From: an uncultured Pelagibacteraceae bacterium
Lineage (GTDB): Bacteria; Pseudomonadota; Alphaproteobacteria; Pelagibacterales; Pelagibacteraceae
Direction: 5' to 3'
Assembly: GCA_902629585.1 (NCBI GenBank)
Contig: CACORI010000003.1
Location: forward strand, 871-64,870
DNA: 64,000 nucleotides
In this document: one piece after another, positions 30,155 through 40,946 of the stretch
Layout: each line of letters begins with the position of its first letter
How positions within the stretch are numbered: the first letter of the stretch is position 1
Made by a program: the position numbers and the translations under genes
The notes under the pieces: model-generated
The model's database searches: none
What the model saw: the letters and a program-made list of their open reading frames with translations, nothing else
Told to the model about the DNA's origin: nothing

Positions 30155-30229
30155 TGGTGGGCCGTGTTGGTTACGCTCCAACTACCCCTGCAATGTCAAT
30201 GCAGTACTCTACTATTGAGCTAACGGCCC
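30155..30229 (-). tRNA. tRNA-Val (GAC) with non-canonical D- and T-loops
   Basis: GGGCCGT TA GCTC AATAGTA GAGT A CTGCA TTGACAT TGCAG GGGTA GTTGG AGCGTAA CCAAC ACGGCCC A CCA. All four stems pair, anticodon GAC, discriminator A73, CCA encoded. Confidence 0.9.
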
Positions 30230-30237
30230 CCTTTATA

Positions 30238-32055
30238 TTAGCTCTCTAAGAAACTTTTTAATTGTTTAGATCTGCTAGGGTGTTTCAATTTTCTCAAAGC
30301 TTTAGCTTCAATTTGTCTAATTCTTTCTCTTGTCACTGAAAACTGTAATCCAACTTCCTCTAAAGTGTGATCAGTATTCATACCTACACCAAATCTCATT
30401 CTTAATACTCTTTCTTCTCTAGGTGTTAATGTTGATAAAATTTTAGTAGTTGCTTCGCCCAAATTAGATTTTATAGCTTGCTCTAATGGTGCTAAAGCTT
30501 TTGTGTCTTCAATAAAATCTCCTAAACTACTATCCTCTTCGTCACCTACTGGTTTCTCTAATGAAACTGGTTCTTTTGAAATTTTTAATACTTTTCTAAC
30601 CTTATCTAAAGGCATTCTAAGTTTTTGTGCTAATTCTTCTGGAGTAGCTTCTCTACCAAACTCACTTAAAATTAACCTTTGTGTTCTCACAATTTTATTA
30701 ATTGTTTCAATCATGTGAACTGGAATTCTAATTGTTCTAGCTTGATCTGCTATTGACCTAGTTATAGCTTGCCTAATCCACCAAGTCGCATAAGTAGAGA
30801 ACTTGTACCCTCTTCTATATTCAAATTTATCTACTGCTTTCATAAGACCGATATTTCCTTCTTGTATCAAATCTAAAAATTGGAGACCTCTATTAGTATA
30901 TTTTTTTGCAATTGAAATTACTAATCTTAGGTTAGCTTCAACCATCTCTTTTTTTGCAATCCTAGACTCTTTTTCACCTTTTTGTACTCTACTCACTAAT
31001 TTTTTAAAGTCTGTTACAGACATGCCAAGCTTATGACTCATCTCAACTAGTCTTTCTCTAATGTTTTTAAATTCTTCCTTATTTTTTGTGAAAAATTCTT
31101 TCCAGATAGTATTAGTATCTAAAAATTTTTTTAAATTTGGGTTTATTTCATTTCCAACATAAAATTTGATGAATTCACTTCTGGAAATTTTATGATCCAT
31201 TGCAAGTCTTAATAAATTTCCTTCTAAAGAAATAATTTTTTTATTTTCTACATAATGTTTTTGAACAAGATCCTCTAAAACAGATGGTGATAATTGAAGG
31301 GACTTAATGTTATTTAAAATATCATTAACAATTTTTTCATAGCCTTTTTCTTTTGCTGGAGAAAAAATTTGAGAATTAAGAGTACAGTCTAGTTTTTCTT
31401 TTAGATATTTGATAAGTTTATTATAATCTTTTGTTAGTGTTTGGACTGTCTTAAGAACTTTTGGTTTAATTTCAGTTTCCATTGCTGCCAATGTTGGATT
31501 AAAATCGTCATCCTCTTCACTTGAATTTTCCTCTGTATCACCAGAATTTTTTTGCTTAGCACTCGGACCTGTTGACTCATCCTCCATATAATTTGTATCT
31601 ATATCGATTATTTCTCTTACTAAAATTTCATCTTTTTGTAGTTTTTCATTCCATTCAAAAAATTGTTGTGCAGTGATAGGACTTTGAGATAATGCTATTA
31701 ACATTATATCTTTTCCTGCTTCAATTCTTTTTGCTATAGCAATCTCACCCTCTCTTGATAAAAGTTCGACACCCCCCATTTCACGCAGATACATTCTAAT
31801 TGGGTCATCACTTTTCTCTATAGTTTTTCCCTCCTCTTTAGAAGAAGACTCTTTTTTTCTTAAAACTTTATAATCTGACTTTTTTTCTACTAGAGAAACA
31901 TTTTCATCTAAAATATGGATGAAGGCTTGTGCTAAATTCTCATTTGATAAATTTCTTTTTCCAAGGGATTTACTAAGTTCTTCATAAGTAATGAAGCCCC
32001 TATGGGTTCCACGACCCATTAACCTAGCAAATGATTTTGTAATAATTCTTTCCAC
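30238..32055 (-). CDS. rpoD: RNA polymerase sigma factor RpoD
   Basis: [51 protein letters not shown] and TRERIRQIE; GTG start. Confidence 0.99.
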   Translation of the reverse strand: MERIITKSFARLMGRGTHRGFITYEELSKSLGKRNLSNENLAQAFIHILDENVSLVEKKSDYKVLRKKESSSKEEGKTIEKSDDPIRMYLREMGGVELLSREGEIAIAKRIEAGKDIMLIALSQSPITAQQFFEWNEKLQKDEILVREIIDIDTNYMEDESTGPSAKQKNSGDTEENSSEEDDDFNPTLAAMETEIKPKVLKTVQTLTKDYNKLIKYLKEKLDCTLNSQIFSPAKEKGYEKIVNDILNNIKSLQLSPSVLEDLVQKHYVENKKIISLEGNLLRLAMDHKISRSEFIKFYVGNEINPNLKKFLDTNTIWKEFFTKNKEEFKNIRERLVEMSHKLGMSVTDFKKLVSRVQKGEKESRIAKKEMVEANLRLVISIAKKYTNRGLQFLDLIQEGNIGLMKAVDKFEYRRGYKFSTYATWWIRQAITRSIADQARTIRIPVHMIETINKIVRTQRLILSEFGREATPEELAQKLRMPLDKVRKVLKISKEPVSLEKPVGDEEDSSLGDFIEDTKALAPLEQAIKSNLGEATTKILSTLTPREERVLRMRFGVGMNTDHTLEEVGLQFSVTRERIRQIEAKALRKLKHPSRSKQLKSFLES

Positions 32056-32122
32056 AGCAATTTAAGTTTGGAAGTCTTATATAATGTCAAATATATAAAA
32101 ATCCATTATTAAATTAGTCTGA

Positions 32123-33898
32123 TTAATTGAGATTTTGCTTTTTTTTAAGCTCTTTTAGCTCATTAAATGTGCTCTCACTCATATCAATTGAAAACTTTGA
32201 TTCTAATTCTTGAATTCTAAACTCCAAATCATAGTTTCTTAAATCTCTTGAGATATCCTCCAATAATTCAATCTTTTTTTGATCGTTATTATTTTGATTT
32301 TTTAATATATGTTTAATTGGTGCAAATTTATTGATCTTTTCCATTAAAACAGTGTCTAATTCTAATTCATCAATGAAAATCTGTTCACTATTTTTTAATT
32401 TTTCAATTATTGACTTGTATATTTTTTTATTAACTTCAGTAAAAAACTTTATGTCTTCAATTAAATGAATATTTTTTTTTGATAAATCTAAATTATTCAA
32501 TACTAAATATAATAAAGAAAACTCTTTTAGCTCAACACCAGTTAAAGATCGGCTCTCATTATAGTATTTTTTTGTACTATCTAAAGATTTTACTCGTTTT
32601 AAGAATATATTTTTTTTATTTTTATTAAAATGTGGGGTCAATTCTGAAATTTTTTCTAAAAAATATTCTAAAACATATTTTTTTATAAAATTATCTTTAA
32701 TTGTATTTGCTATAGCTCTAACTTTTTTTTCAAAAATAGCCATAGATGAAGGATTGTTTTCAGTTTGTTTTTTATAATGATTAAAAATAAATTGATGAAT
32801 TGGTAATTTATTCTGTTTTGTAAAATCTATAAAATTATTTTTTCCATTTTTGTTAATATAACTATCTGGGTCTTCTTTATCTGGCAAAAATAAAAATGAA
32901 ATTTGTTTTTCAGGTTTTAATTCCTTAATTGTGTTTTCTGCCGCTCTTAAAGCAGCTTTATAGCCACTTTCATCTCCATCAAAGCAAATTATAATATCAT
33001 CAAAAAATTGATTTAAAGTTAAAATTTGTTTTTCAGTTAAAGATGTTCCTAAATTTGCAACAACATTATCTATTCCATTTTTACTTAATCCTATTACATC
33101 CATGTATCCTTCTACCAAATATATATGCTCAATTTTATTCGAAAGCTTTCTTGCTAAATCCAAATTATAAAGATTTGAGCCTTTTTTAAAAAAATTAGTC
33201 TCTGGTGAATTTATATACTTGGCCAAATAATCTGATTTTTCTATTATTCTGCCCCCTAAGGCAATTGGTTGGCCTGAAATATTGTTGATTGGAAAAATTA
33301 ATCTACCTCTGAATCTTTCAATATAAATTTTTTTCTTTTCATCTAAATAAAATAATCCACTTTCAATTAATTTTTGCTCATTAAATTCATTAATCAATTT
33401 ATCAAAAAAATTTGGATTTTTTTTTATATACCCGATTTTAAATCTTTTTACTTCCTCTCTGCTTAAAGATCTATTTTTTAAATAATTTCTTGCTAGATCA
33501 CAATTATCATTTTTTAACAATTCATTATGATAAAAATCAACGTATTGACTATAAATAGAAAGGTAATCCTTCCATTTTTTTTCTTTCTCCTCATCTTGTT
33601 TAGAAAAAATATAAGGCTGCATTCCTGCCATTTGTGATAAATATTTGACTGCTTCACCAAATTTAAAATTTTGAGTTTTCATTACAAAATCAAAAATATT
33701 TCCATGTTCGGATGTTGCAAAACAATGATAAAATTCTTTTTCATCATTTACCGTAAACGATGGTGTTTTTTCATTTTTAAAAGGGGATAAACCGACATAT
33801 TCTTTACCTCTTTTTTTTAAAGCAACAGATTTTGATACAACTGTGGAGACCTTTAATCTCAATTTAATTTCATCAAGGTATTCTTTAGGATATTTCAT
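32123..33898 (-). CDS. dnaG: DNA primase
   Basis: EKTPSF, RFRGRLIFPI, KYINSPET, VEGYMDV, LGT, DGD and DPD. Confidence 0.97.
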   Translation of the reverse strand: MKYPKEYLDEIKLRLKVSTVVSKSVALKKRGKEYVGLSPFKNEKTPSFTVNDEKEFYHCFATSEHGNIFDFVMKTQNFKFGEAVKYLSQMAGMQPYIFSKQDEEKEKKWKDYLSIYSQYVDFYHNELLKNDNCDLARNYLKNRSLSREEVKRFKIGYIKKNPNFFDKLINEFNEQKLIESGLFYLDEKKKIYIERFRGRLIFPINNISGQPIALGGRIIEKSDYLAKYINSPETNFFKKGSNLYNLDLARKLSNKIEHIYLVEGYMDVIGLSKNGIDNVVANLGTSLTEKQILTLNQFFDDIIICFDGDESGYKAALRAAENTIKELKPEKQISFLFLPDKEDPDSYINKNGKNNFIDFTKQNKLPIHQFIFNHYKKQTENNPSSMAIFEKKVRAIANTIKDNFIKKYVLEYFLEKISELTPHFNKNKKNIFLKRVKSLDSTKKYYNESRSLTGVELKEFSLLYLVLNNLDLSKKNIHLIEDIKFFTEVNKKIYKSIIEKLKNSEQIFIDELELDTVLMEKINKFAPIKHILKNQNNNDQKKIELLEDISRDLRNYDLEFRIQELESKFSIDMSESTFNELKELKKKQNLN

Positions 33899-34359
33899 TA
33901 ACTATTTAATAGATCTTTAATTAATGGACCAGCTTTGGAAAAATCAATTTCATCAGCATGTAATTTTTTTAATTCACCCATTACTTTACCCATATCTTTA
34001 ACTGAACTTGCTCCCAACCTAGAAATCGTGTCTTTGCATATTTTTTTTATTTCTTCTTCACCTAGTTGTTTAGGTAAAAAATTCGTTAAAATGTCGTATT
34101 CGTTTTGCTCTACCTCCAAAAGGTCAGTCCTATTATTTTTTTTGTATATATCTATCGATTCGGCTCTTTGTTTGACCATTTTTTTTAAAAGCTTTTTGAT
34201 ATCCTCATCATCAGTTTCTTTTTTATTTGGACCAGATCTATTAGATATATCAAGATCCTTTATTGAAGATAAAATTAACCTATAAGTTGATATTTTTGTT
34301 TTATCTTTAGCTTTTAGAGCATTTTTGTATTCAGTATTGATCGTTTCTTTTAATGACAT
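33898..34359 (-). CDS. GatB/YqeY domain protein
   Basis: K.ALKAKDK, KQR.ESI..Y, LPKQL and KDMGKVMG; upstream of dnaG. Confidence 0.93.
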   Translation of the reverse strand: MSLKETINTEYKNALKAKDKTKISTYRLILSSIKDLDISNRSGPNKKETDDEDIKKLLKKMVKQRAESIDIYKKNNRTDLLEVEQNEYDILTNFLPKQLGEEEIKKICKDTISRLGASSVKDMGKVMGELKKLHADEIDFSKAGPLIKDLLNS

Positions 34360-34485
34360 ATTTTTTTAATCTACTGCAAAGATAAAAATCTTCAAAAGAA
34401 AAATTGTATTTTTACAATTTTATAATACATCTCTGTTGCGATAATAAATCAATTATAGTATTAACCTTTAACTTATGAGTTGTAA

Positions 34486-35679
34486 TTGATCAAAAAATTA
34501 AAAAAAACTCACTTAAAAATTTCACAAATTAATACAGGTGTTTTAGTTCTTGAGAATAAAAAGGTTTTCAAAGGTATTGGTATTGGTTATCAAGGAGAAG
34601 CAACAGGTGAAGTGTGTTTCAACACTTCATTTACTGGTTACCAAGAAATAATATCTGACCCATCTTATGCAGGACAAATTATCAACTTTACCTTCCCGCA
34701 TGTTGGAAATGTAGGAACTAATAAAGAGGATTTTGAGTCTAATAAAATATGGACAAAAGGAGTTATTTTTAACTCAGAAATAACCTCACCTTCAAACTAT
34801 AGATCACTTCAACATTTAGATATTTGGTTAAAAAAAAATAAAATAGTTGGAATTACAGGATTGGATACAAGGAGTTTAACTAACTTTATTAGAGATAAAG
34901 GTGCTCCAAAAGGCACCATTGCCTTTTCAAAAAATGGGAAGTTTAATATAAGTAAACTTACCAACTCAACAATAAGATGGAGTGGATTAAAAAACTTAGA
35001 CCTTGCAGAAAAAGTAACTACTTCAAAAAATTATATTTGGAAAGGTTTTAAAACATGGAAAAAGGATATAGGTTTCAAAAAAAACATTAAAAACTCTTTT
35101 CATGTTGTCGCTATAGATTATGGAATAAAGAAAAATATTTTGAGGTATTTTTCTGATTTTAAATGTAAAGTAACTGTGGTGTCTTGCAAAACACCTGCCA
35201 AAAAAATTTTATCTCTAAAACCTAACGGTATTTTTTTATCAAATGGTCCTGGAGATCCTGCTGCGACGGGAAAATATGCAATAAAAATAATTAATGATCT
35301 TATTAACAAAAACTTACCATTATTTGGTATTTGTCTTGGTCATCAGATATTAGCATTATCATTAGGTGGCAAAACAAAAAAAATGAAATTAGGACATAGA
35401 GGAGCAAACCACCCTGTTAAAAATTTAATTAATGACAATGTTGAAATTACAAGCCAAAATCATGGGTTTGAAGTTGTAGAAGAAAATTTACCCAGAAATA
35501 TTCAAGTCACTCATAAATCTCTTTTTGATAACAGTATAGAGGGAATAAAGTTAAAAAATAAACCTGTGTTTTCTGTTCAATACCATCCAGAATCAAATCC
35601 TGGACCACAAGATAGCGTTTATTTATTTCAAGAATTCATCAACAATATGAAAAAAAATGCCAAAAAGAAAAGATCTTAA
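34486..35679 (+). CDS. carA: Carbamoyl-phosphate synthase small subunit
   Basis: GEVCFNT..TGYQE, DPSY, SNGPGDP, GICLGHQ, SQNHG and QYHPE. The TTG start is uncertain. Confidence 0.98.
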   Translation: MIKKLKKTHLKISQINTGVLVLENKKVFKGIGIGYQGEATGEVCFNTSFTGYQEIISDPSYAGQIINFTFPHVGNVGTNKEDFESNKIWTKGVIFNSEITSPSNYRSLQHLDIWLKKNKIVGITGLDTRSLTNFIRDKGAPKGTIAFSKNGKFNISKLTNSTIRWSGLKNLDLAEKVTTSKNYIWKGFKTWKKDIGFKKNIKNSFHVVAIDYGIKKNILRYFSDFKCKVTVVSCKTPAKKILSLKPNGIFLSNGPGDPAATGKYAIKIINDLINKNLPLFGICLGHQILALSLGGKTKKMKLGHRGANHPVKNLINDNVEITSQNHGFEVVEENLPRNIQVTHKSLFDNSIEGIKLKNKPVFSVQYHPESNPGPQDSVYLFQEFINNMKKNAKKKRS

Positions 35680-38600
35680 AAAAATTTTAGTTGTTGGTGC
35701 TGGACCAATTATTATTGGTCAAGCATGTGAATTTGATTATTCTGGTACGCAAGCATGTAAGGCTTTAAAGGACGAAGGTTACAAAGTTATTTTAATTAAC
35801 TCAAATCCTGCAACAATTATGACTGATCCTGATGTTGCAGATAAAACTTATATTGAGCCAATTACATTAAAAGTTTTAGAAAAAATTTTAAAAAAAGAGA
35901 AACCCGATGCTATTCTTCCAACAATGGGTGGCCAAACTGCCTTAAACTTGGCGATGGAAGCAGAAAAGAAAGGAATTTTAAAAAAATACAAAATTGAATT
36001 AATTGGTGCAAACTCAAAAGCGATTTCTAATGCTGAGGACAGAAAAAAATTTAGAAAAAATATGATGGATATTGGTTTAGATTTACCCAAATCTCAAATC
36101 ATCAACAATATCAATCAATCTTCAAAGGTATTAAAAAAAATTGGTTTACCAGCAATTATTAGACCAGCATTTACATTGGGAGGCTTAGGTGGAGGTATAG
36201 CAAAAAATAAAAAAGACTACTTAAAAATTATTAAAAATGGGTTGCACGAGTCACCTGTTAGTCAAGTACTAGTGGAAGAATGCTTGGAGGGATGGAAAGA
36301 ATTTGAAATGGAAGTTGTTAGAGATAGGAAAGATAATTGTATTATAGTTTGCTCGATAGAAAATGTTGATCCAATGGGAATACATACGGGTGATTCTGTT
36401 ACTGTTGCCCCTGCACTTACCTTAACAGATAAAGAATACCAAGTTATGAGGAATGCCTCTATTGCTTGCTTAAGAAAAATTGGAGTTGAGACAGGTGGTT
36501 CAAATGTTCAATTTGCAATCAATCCTAAAAATGGTCGAATGGTAGTAATCGAAATGAATCCAAGAGTATCTAGGTCATCAGCACTTGCATCAAAAGCAAC
36601 TGGATTTCCAATTGCAAAGGTTGCTGCAAAACTTGCGGTTGGTTACACATTAGATGAATTAAAAAATGAAATTACTAAAGTTACTCCTGCATCTTTTGAA
36701 CCAAGTATAGATTATGTAGTAACAAAAATCCCAAGATTTACTTTTGAAAAATTTTCAACCTCCCCAGCTACTTTAGGTACATCTATGAAATCAGTTGGTG
36801 AGGCTATGGCTATAGGAAGAAACTTTAAAGAATCTCTTCAAAAGGCATTAGTATCACTAGAAACAGGTTTTTCAGGGTTAGATAGAATATTTTATATTAA
36901 TAAAAAACAAATTGAAACAAAACTTAAAGAAAATATTCCAAATAAAATATTGCTTGTTGCAGAAGCTATTAGAAAAAAAATTAATTTAAAAAGAATTTAT
37001 AATTTATCTAAAATAGACCCATGGTTCTTAGAACAGATAAAAGAAATAGTAATCAACGAAATTAAAATCAAAAAAAAAGGACTACCCAAAAATTTTAATG
37101 AGTTTAATAAAATAAAGTCTATTGGTTTTTCTGATAAAAAACTTTCTGAGTTGACAAATACATCTGAAGATATTGTAAGACAAAAAAGAATTTCGCTGAA
37201 AATTTTACCAGTATTTAAAAAAGTTGATACTTGTGCTGCTGAATTTAAATCCTTCACACCATACATGTATTCAACATATCAGCGAAATTTCTCTATAAGT
37301 TCTGAGTGTGAAGCAAATCCTTCAACTAAAAAAAAGATTATAATACTAGGTGGAGGACCTAACAGAATAGGTCAAGGAATAGAATTCGACTATTGTTGTT
37401 GTCAGGCGAGTTTTTCACTAAAAGACGCTGGTTTTGAAACAATTATGGTAAATTGTAATCCTGAAACAGTCTCAACAGATTATGATACGAGTGATCGATT
37501 ATATTTTGAGCCTTTAAAAGAGGAATATGTTTTTAATATAATAAACAAAGAAAAAGAAAAAGGAAATTTAATTGGTATTATTGCTCAATTTGGTGGTCAA
37601 ACTCCAATTAAACTTGCTAAGTTTTTACATAATAATAAACTCCCAATTTTAGGAACACAGTATACATCAATTGATTTAGCAGAAGACAGAGATCGATTTA
37701 GAAATCTTCTAAACAAATTGAGACTTAGACAAGCGGAAAGTGGAATTGCTAAGACTTTCAAACAAGCAATACAAATAGCTGAAAAAATAGGTTTACCTTT
37801 AATGGTTAGACCTTCTTATGTATTGGGTGGTAGAGCGATGGAAATTGTTCATGAAAAAAGCCAACTTAAAAATTTTGTATTAGAAGCTTTCAAAGCTGCT
37901 GAAGATAATCCAATTTTAATAGATAAATTTATTGATCATGCAATGGAAGTGGATGTTGATGCCATATGTGATGGGAAACAAGTTTATGTTGCTGGAATTA
38001 TGCAGCATATTGAGGAAGCTGGAATTCATTCTGGTGATTCTGCCTGTAGTTTGCCACCGATATCGATAAAACCATATTTAATTAAAGAAATTGAAAGTCA
38101 AACTAAAAAGTTAGCATTAGCCTTGAAGGTTAAAGGGTTTATGAATATTCAATTCGCAATTAAAAAAGACGAAATTTTTGTAATTGAAGTTAATCCAAGA
38201 GCTAGCCGAACCGTTCCTTTTGTTTCTAAAGCAAAAGGGTTACCATTAGCTAAAATTGCATCAAGGGTGATGGCAGGAGAAAAATTATCTAAATTTAATC
38301 TTATGAGTAAAACAAAGGGGATGTTTGCTGTTAAAGAAGCTGTATTTCCTTTTAATAAATTCCCGAATAGTGATTTGCTTTTAGGGCCAGAAATGAAATC
38401 AACAGGAGAAGTGATGGGATTTGATAAAAATTTTGGTATGGCTTATGCAAAAAGTCAGATAGCTTCATCTAATTCATTGCCTATAAAAGGTTTGGCGTTT
38501 TTATCTTTGAAAGACTCTCATAAAGATGAAGGAATTGAATTAGCAAAAAAATTAATAAATTTAAATTTTTCACTATGCGGCACAAAAGGAACGGCTGAAT

Positions 38601-38881
38601 ATATAAAGAAGCATGGGTTAAAATGTAAAATTATAAATAAAGTGAGTAGTGGTTCACCTCACATAGTTGATGTACTAGACTCAAAAAAAATTGCATTAGT
38701 CATAAATACAGGCGGCGGAAATAGTGAACACAGATTAAATGATGCAATAGCTCTACGAAGAGCAACACTCAAAAATAAAGTCCCTTATTGCACAAATATG
38801 TCTACAGCACTTGCATGTATTGAGGGAATAATATCTTTAAAGGTCAAAAAACTTGAGGTAACTTCACTTCAAGATATTTAA
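35657..38881 (+). CDS. carB: Carbamoyl-phosphate synthase large subunit
   Basis: [14 protein letters not shown], two ATP-grasp halves, [12 protein letters not shown] and an MGS domain. Confidence 0.99.
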   Translation: MPKRKDLKKILVVGAGPIIIGQACEFDYSGTQACKALKDEGYKVILINSNPATIMTDPDVADKTYIEPITLKVLEKILKKEKPDAILPTMGGQTALNLAMEAEKKGILKKYKIELIGANSKAISNAEDRKKFRKNMMDIGLDLPKSQIINNINQSSKVLKKIGLPAIIRPAFTLGGLGGGIAKNKKDYLKIIKNGLHESPVSQVLVEECLEGWKEFEMEVVRDRKDNCIIVCSIENVDPMGIHTGDSVTVAPALTLTDKEYQVMRNASIACLRKIGVETGGSNVQFAINPKNGRMVVIEMNPRVSRSSALASKATGFPIAKVAAKLAVGYTLDELKNEITKVTPASFEPSIDYVVTKIPRFTFEKFSTSPATLGTSMKSVGEAMAIGRNFKESLQKALVSLETGFSGLDRIFYINKKQIETKLKENIPNKILLVAEAIRKKINLKRIYNLSKIDPWFLEQIKEIVINEIKIKKKGLPKNFNEFNKIKSIGFSDKKLSELTNTSEDIVRQKRISLKILPVFKKVDTCAAEFKSFTPYMYSTYQRNFSISSECEANPSTKKKIIILGGGPNRIGQGIEFDYCCCQASFSLKDAGFETIMVNCNPETVSTDYDTSDRLYFEPLKEEYVFNIINKEKEKGNLIGIIAQFGGQTPIKLAKFLHNNKLPILGTQYTSIDLAEDRDRFRNLLNKLRLRQAESGIAKTFKQAIQIAEKIGLPLMVRPSYVLGGRAMEIVHEKSQLKNFVLEAFKAAEDNPILIDKFIDHAMEVDVDAICDGKQVYVAGIMQHIEEAGIHSGDSACSLPPISIKPYLIKEIESQTKKLALALKVKGFMNIQFAIKKDEIFVIEVNPRASRTVPFVSKAKGLPLAKIASRVMAGEKLSKFNLMSKTKGMFAVKEAVFPFNKFPNSDLLLGPEMKSTGEVMGFDKNFGMAYAKSQIASSNSLPIKGLAFLSLKDSHKDEGIELAKKLINLNFSLCGTKGTAEYIKKHGLKCKIINKVSSGSPHIVDVLDSKKIALVINTGGGNSEHRLNDAIALRRATLKNKVPYCTNMSTALACIEGIISLKVKKLEVTSLQDI

Positions 38882-38882
38882 C

Positions 38883-39326
38883 ATGCCTAATGTAATTAAA
38901 ATTGGAATTACCAAAAATAATAATAAAGAAATTATTGAAGTTTCTGAAATAGAATTAATCGCGGGTAAAGGTATTAAAGGGGATAGGCATTTTCAGGATT
39001 ATAATGACCCTTATAATCAATTATCAATAATTGAGAGTGAAAATATTGATGAATATAATGAAAAATACAATTTGAATATTCCTTATTTAAAATTTAGAAG
39101 AAATATTATCACAAAAGGAATAAGACTTAACGATTTAGTTGAAAAAAAAATTTTTATCGGAAAAGTTCAATTAAATGTGATAGATCTTTGTAGGCCATGT
39201 CGACATCTTGCTGAAAAATTAGGACAAGATAATATCATTAAAGAATTTTTGAGGAAAGGTGGAATTCGATGCGAAATAATTAAAGATGGAAAAATCTTTG
39301 TTAATGATCAAATAAAAGTTATTTAA
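38883..39326 (+). CDS. MOSC domain protein
   Basis: GI.GDR, RRNI.T.G, CRPC and GG.R..I...G.I...D. Confidence 0.88.
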   Translation: MPNVIKIGITKNNNKEIIEVSEIELIAGKGIKGDRHFQDYNDPYNQLSIIESENIDEYNEKYNLNIPYLKFRRNIITKGIRLNDLVEKKIFIGKVQLNVIDLCRPCRHLAEKLGQDNIIKEFLRKGGIRCEIIKDGKIFVNDQIKVI

Positions 39327-39981
39327 CCTTCCAATCAGTACCGAAAGTTACATAATTAACCTGAATACATCTTCTTTCCTTTATTATTTTTTTTTTTTCC
39401 ATGCCATGCCAAGTATTGGGTCCACTTGTAAAAAAATATCCATAATTATGTTTATAAGGTACTGTTTTAACCTTTTCTAAATTTTTATTATAAAAATCTG
39501 TTCCTAAATCTTCAGCCTCATTTGCATTATTCACAAAGATTAAACCTGACATAAGTTTTTCTTTTATATCGCAATGAGGTTTTAACCAAAATCCTTCTCT
39601 ATCACAAATAACTTCAATTCTAACATATGAATTCGATAAATCTTTATTTATCATTTTTGAAATAGCTTCATAAACTTCTTTAGATTGAAGTTCATTAATA
39701 AATTTTACTAAATTAGGAAATTGAGATGCGTTATCTTTTGTAACAAAACATCTAAACTTAATTGCAGCTCCTCCTGAAGCTATACCTTCTCGAAATTCTG
39801 CAGCTCCTCCATCAATTGCCCTAGTCCCATCATAGTTAAGATTATGTTTACTTACATCTGGAATATCAGCTTTAATTATTTCATCTATAGCATCTTTGGT
39901 CAAAGCATTGCTATATTCCCAATGATCAAAAGGAAATTCATATTTTTTTGATTGATATAGAATTGATTTTAAAAATGACAT
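39319..39981 (-). CDS. 2OG-Fe(II) oxygenase superfamily protein
   Basis: HxD (PHCD), distal His (TWHG) and a downstream Arg (RRCIQVNY). Confidence 0.85.
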   Translation of the reverse strand: MSFLKSILYQSKKYEFPFDHWEYSNALTKDAIDEIIKADIPDVSKHNLNYDGTRAIDGGAAEFREGIASGGAAIKFRCFVTKDNASQFPNLVKFINELQSKEVYEAISKMINKDLSNSYVRIEVICDREGFWLKPHCDIKEKLMSGLIFVNNANEAEDLGTDFYNKNLEKVKTVPYKHNYGYFFTSGPNTWHGMEKKKIIKERRCIQVNYVTFGTDWKVK

Positions 39982-40925
39982 TAAGAATTAATTTTTTGTT
40001 TAATTATATTGGCCACTCTATTAGTTTCATCAAGTTTTTTATATCTCCAAATACTCGCATCTTCACCTAAATTTCTTATTATATTCAACTCTCTGAATAA
40101 ATTTTTAAATTTTTGAAATCTTTTATCATTTTTTTTAGGTAAAATATTTGCGACATATATTGGTTTTCCAGTCATCGCTGCCTCTGATATCATAGAACTA
40201 GAGTCACATGTAACAACAATAATCTCTGAAATAGATAAAGCAGATAAATATGCTTTTTTATCAACAGTATCTACAATTGTATGATTATCTCCAAAAAAGC
40301 TTTTGGCGAAATTTATGGTTTCTAAAGGAGTTCTCATTGATGGAATTACAACAAGTTGATAATTTTTCTTATTCAACATTTTACTCATGATTGAAAAGAT
40401 ATGCTCGATATTTTTATATGAATAATCATAGTATCTTGTCGGCCCACCTAGAACAAGTGCACAAATTTTTCTCTCATCTTTTTTAATAATTTTATAAAGA
40501 TAATCATTATTTTCACTAATCTCTCGCTCTGAAAGATAATGAATTGCTCCTTTTGTTGTAATTACATTCGTTCCATTTAAAGAGTCATGCTCTGGAGCAA
40601 CAACGAAATCAAAATGTTTCAAATTTACTTTCGGGTCTTGAATGTGAATATTAAATATTTTTTTACTTAAAGATTTCTTTAAATGAATAGATGGAATAAC
40701 ACTTTTACGCCCACATGAAATAATTATGTCAAAATCTGATTGATTGATTTGATTATAAACATTTTGTGAAATTGGCATTAATTTAGGAGGAAAAATTTTC
40801 CAAAAACTATTTAGTTCAACCGTATGGTGTGTAAAATCTAAATCCAAAGCTTTAGCCAATCCCTCAACTTGACTTACCATTCCATGCATGCCTTGGGTTA
40901 ATAATATACCTTTTAATTTGTTCAT
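39981..40925 (-). CDS. ELM1-family (mitochondrial fission ELM1-like) protein
   Basis: G..SQ..GLA, ISCGR, IQDP, FD.VVAPEHD, PS.RTP and VT.DS.SM.SEA. Confidence 0.88.
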   Translation of the reverse strand: MNKLKGILLTQGMHGMVSQVEGLAKALDLDFTHHTVELNSFWKIFPPKLMPISQNVYNQINQSDFDIIISCGRKSVIPSIHLKKSLSKKIFNIHIQDPKVNLKHFDFVVAPEHDSLNGTNVITTKGAIHYLSEREISENNDYLYKIIKKDERKICALVLGGPTRYYDYSYKNIEHIFSIMSKMLNKKNYQLVVIPSMRTPLETINFAKSFFGDNHTIVDTVDKKAYLSALSISEIIVVTCDSSSMISEAAMTGKPIYVANILPKKNDKRFQKFKNLFRELNIIRNLGEDASIWRYKKLDETNRVANIIKQKINS

Positions 40926-40946
40926 TAATTACTATATAGCTTTCAT

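Noticed and set aside
26794-30163. Shared TGGTGGGCC at 26794 and 30155 as attL/attR of an integrated element
   Set aside because: Both copies are the acceptor-stem/CCA ends of two complete, different tRNAs. The match is only 9 nt and no integrase is present.
32061-32090. TTGACA upstream of rpoD as a sigma70 promoter
   Set aside because: No acceptable -10 hexamer at 16-18 nt spacing, so it cannot be supported from sequence alone.
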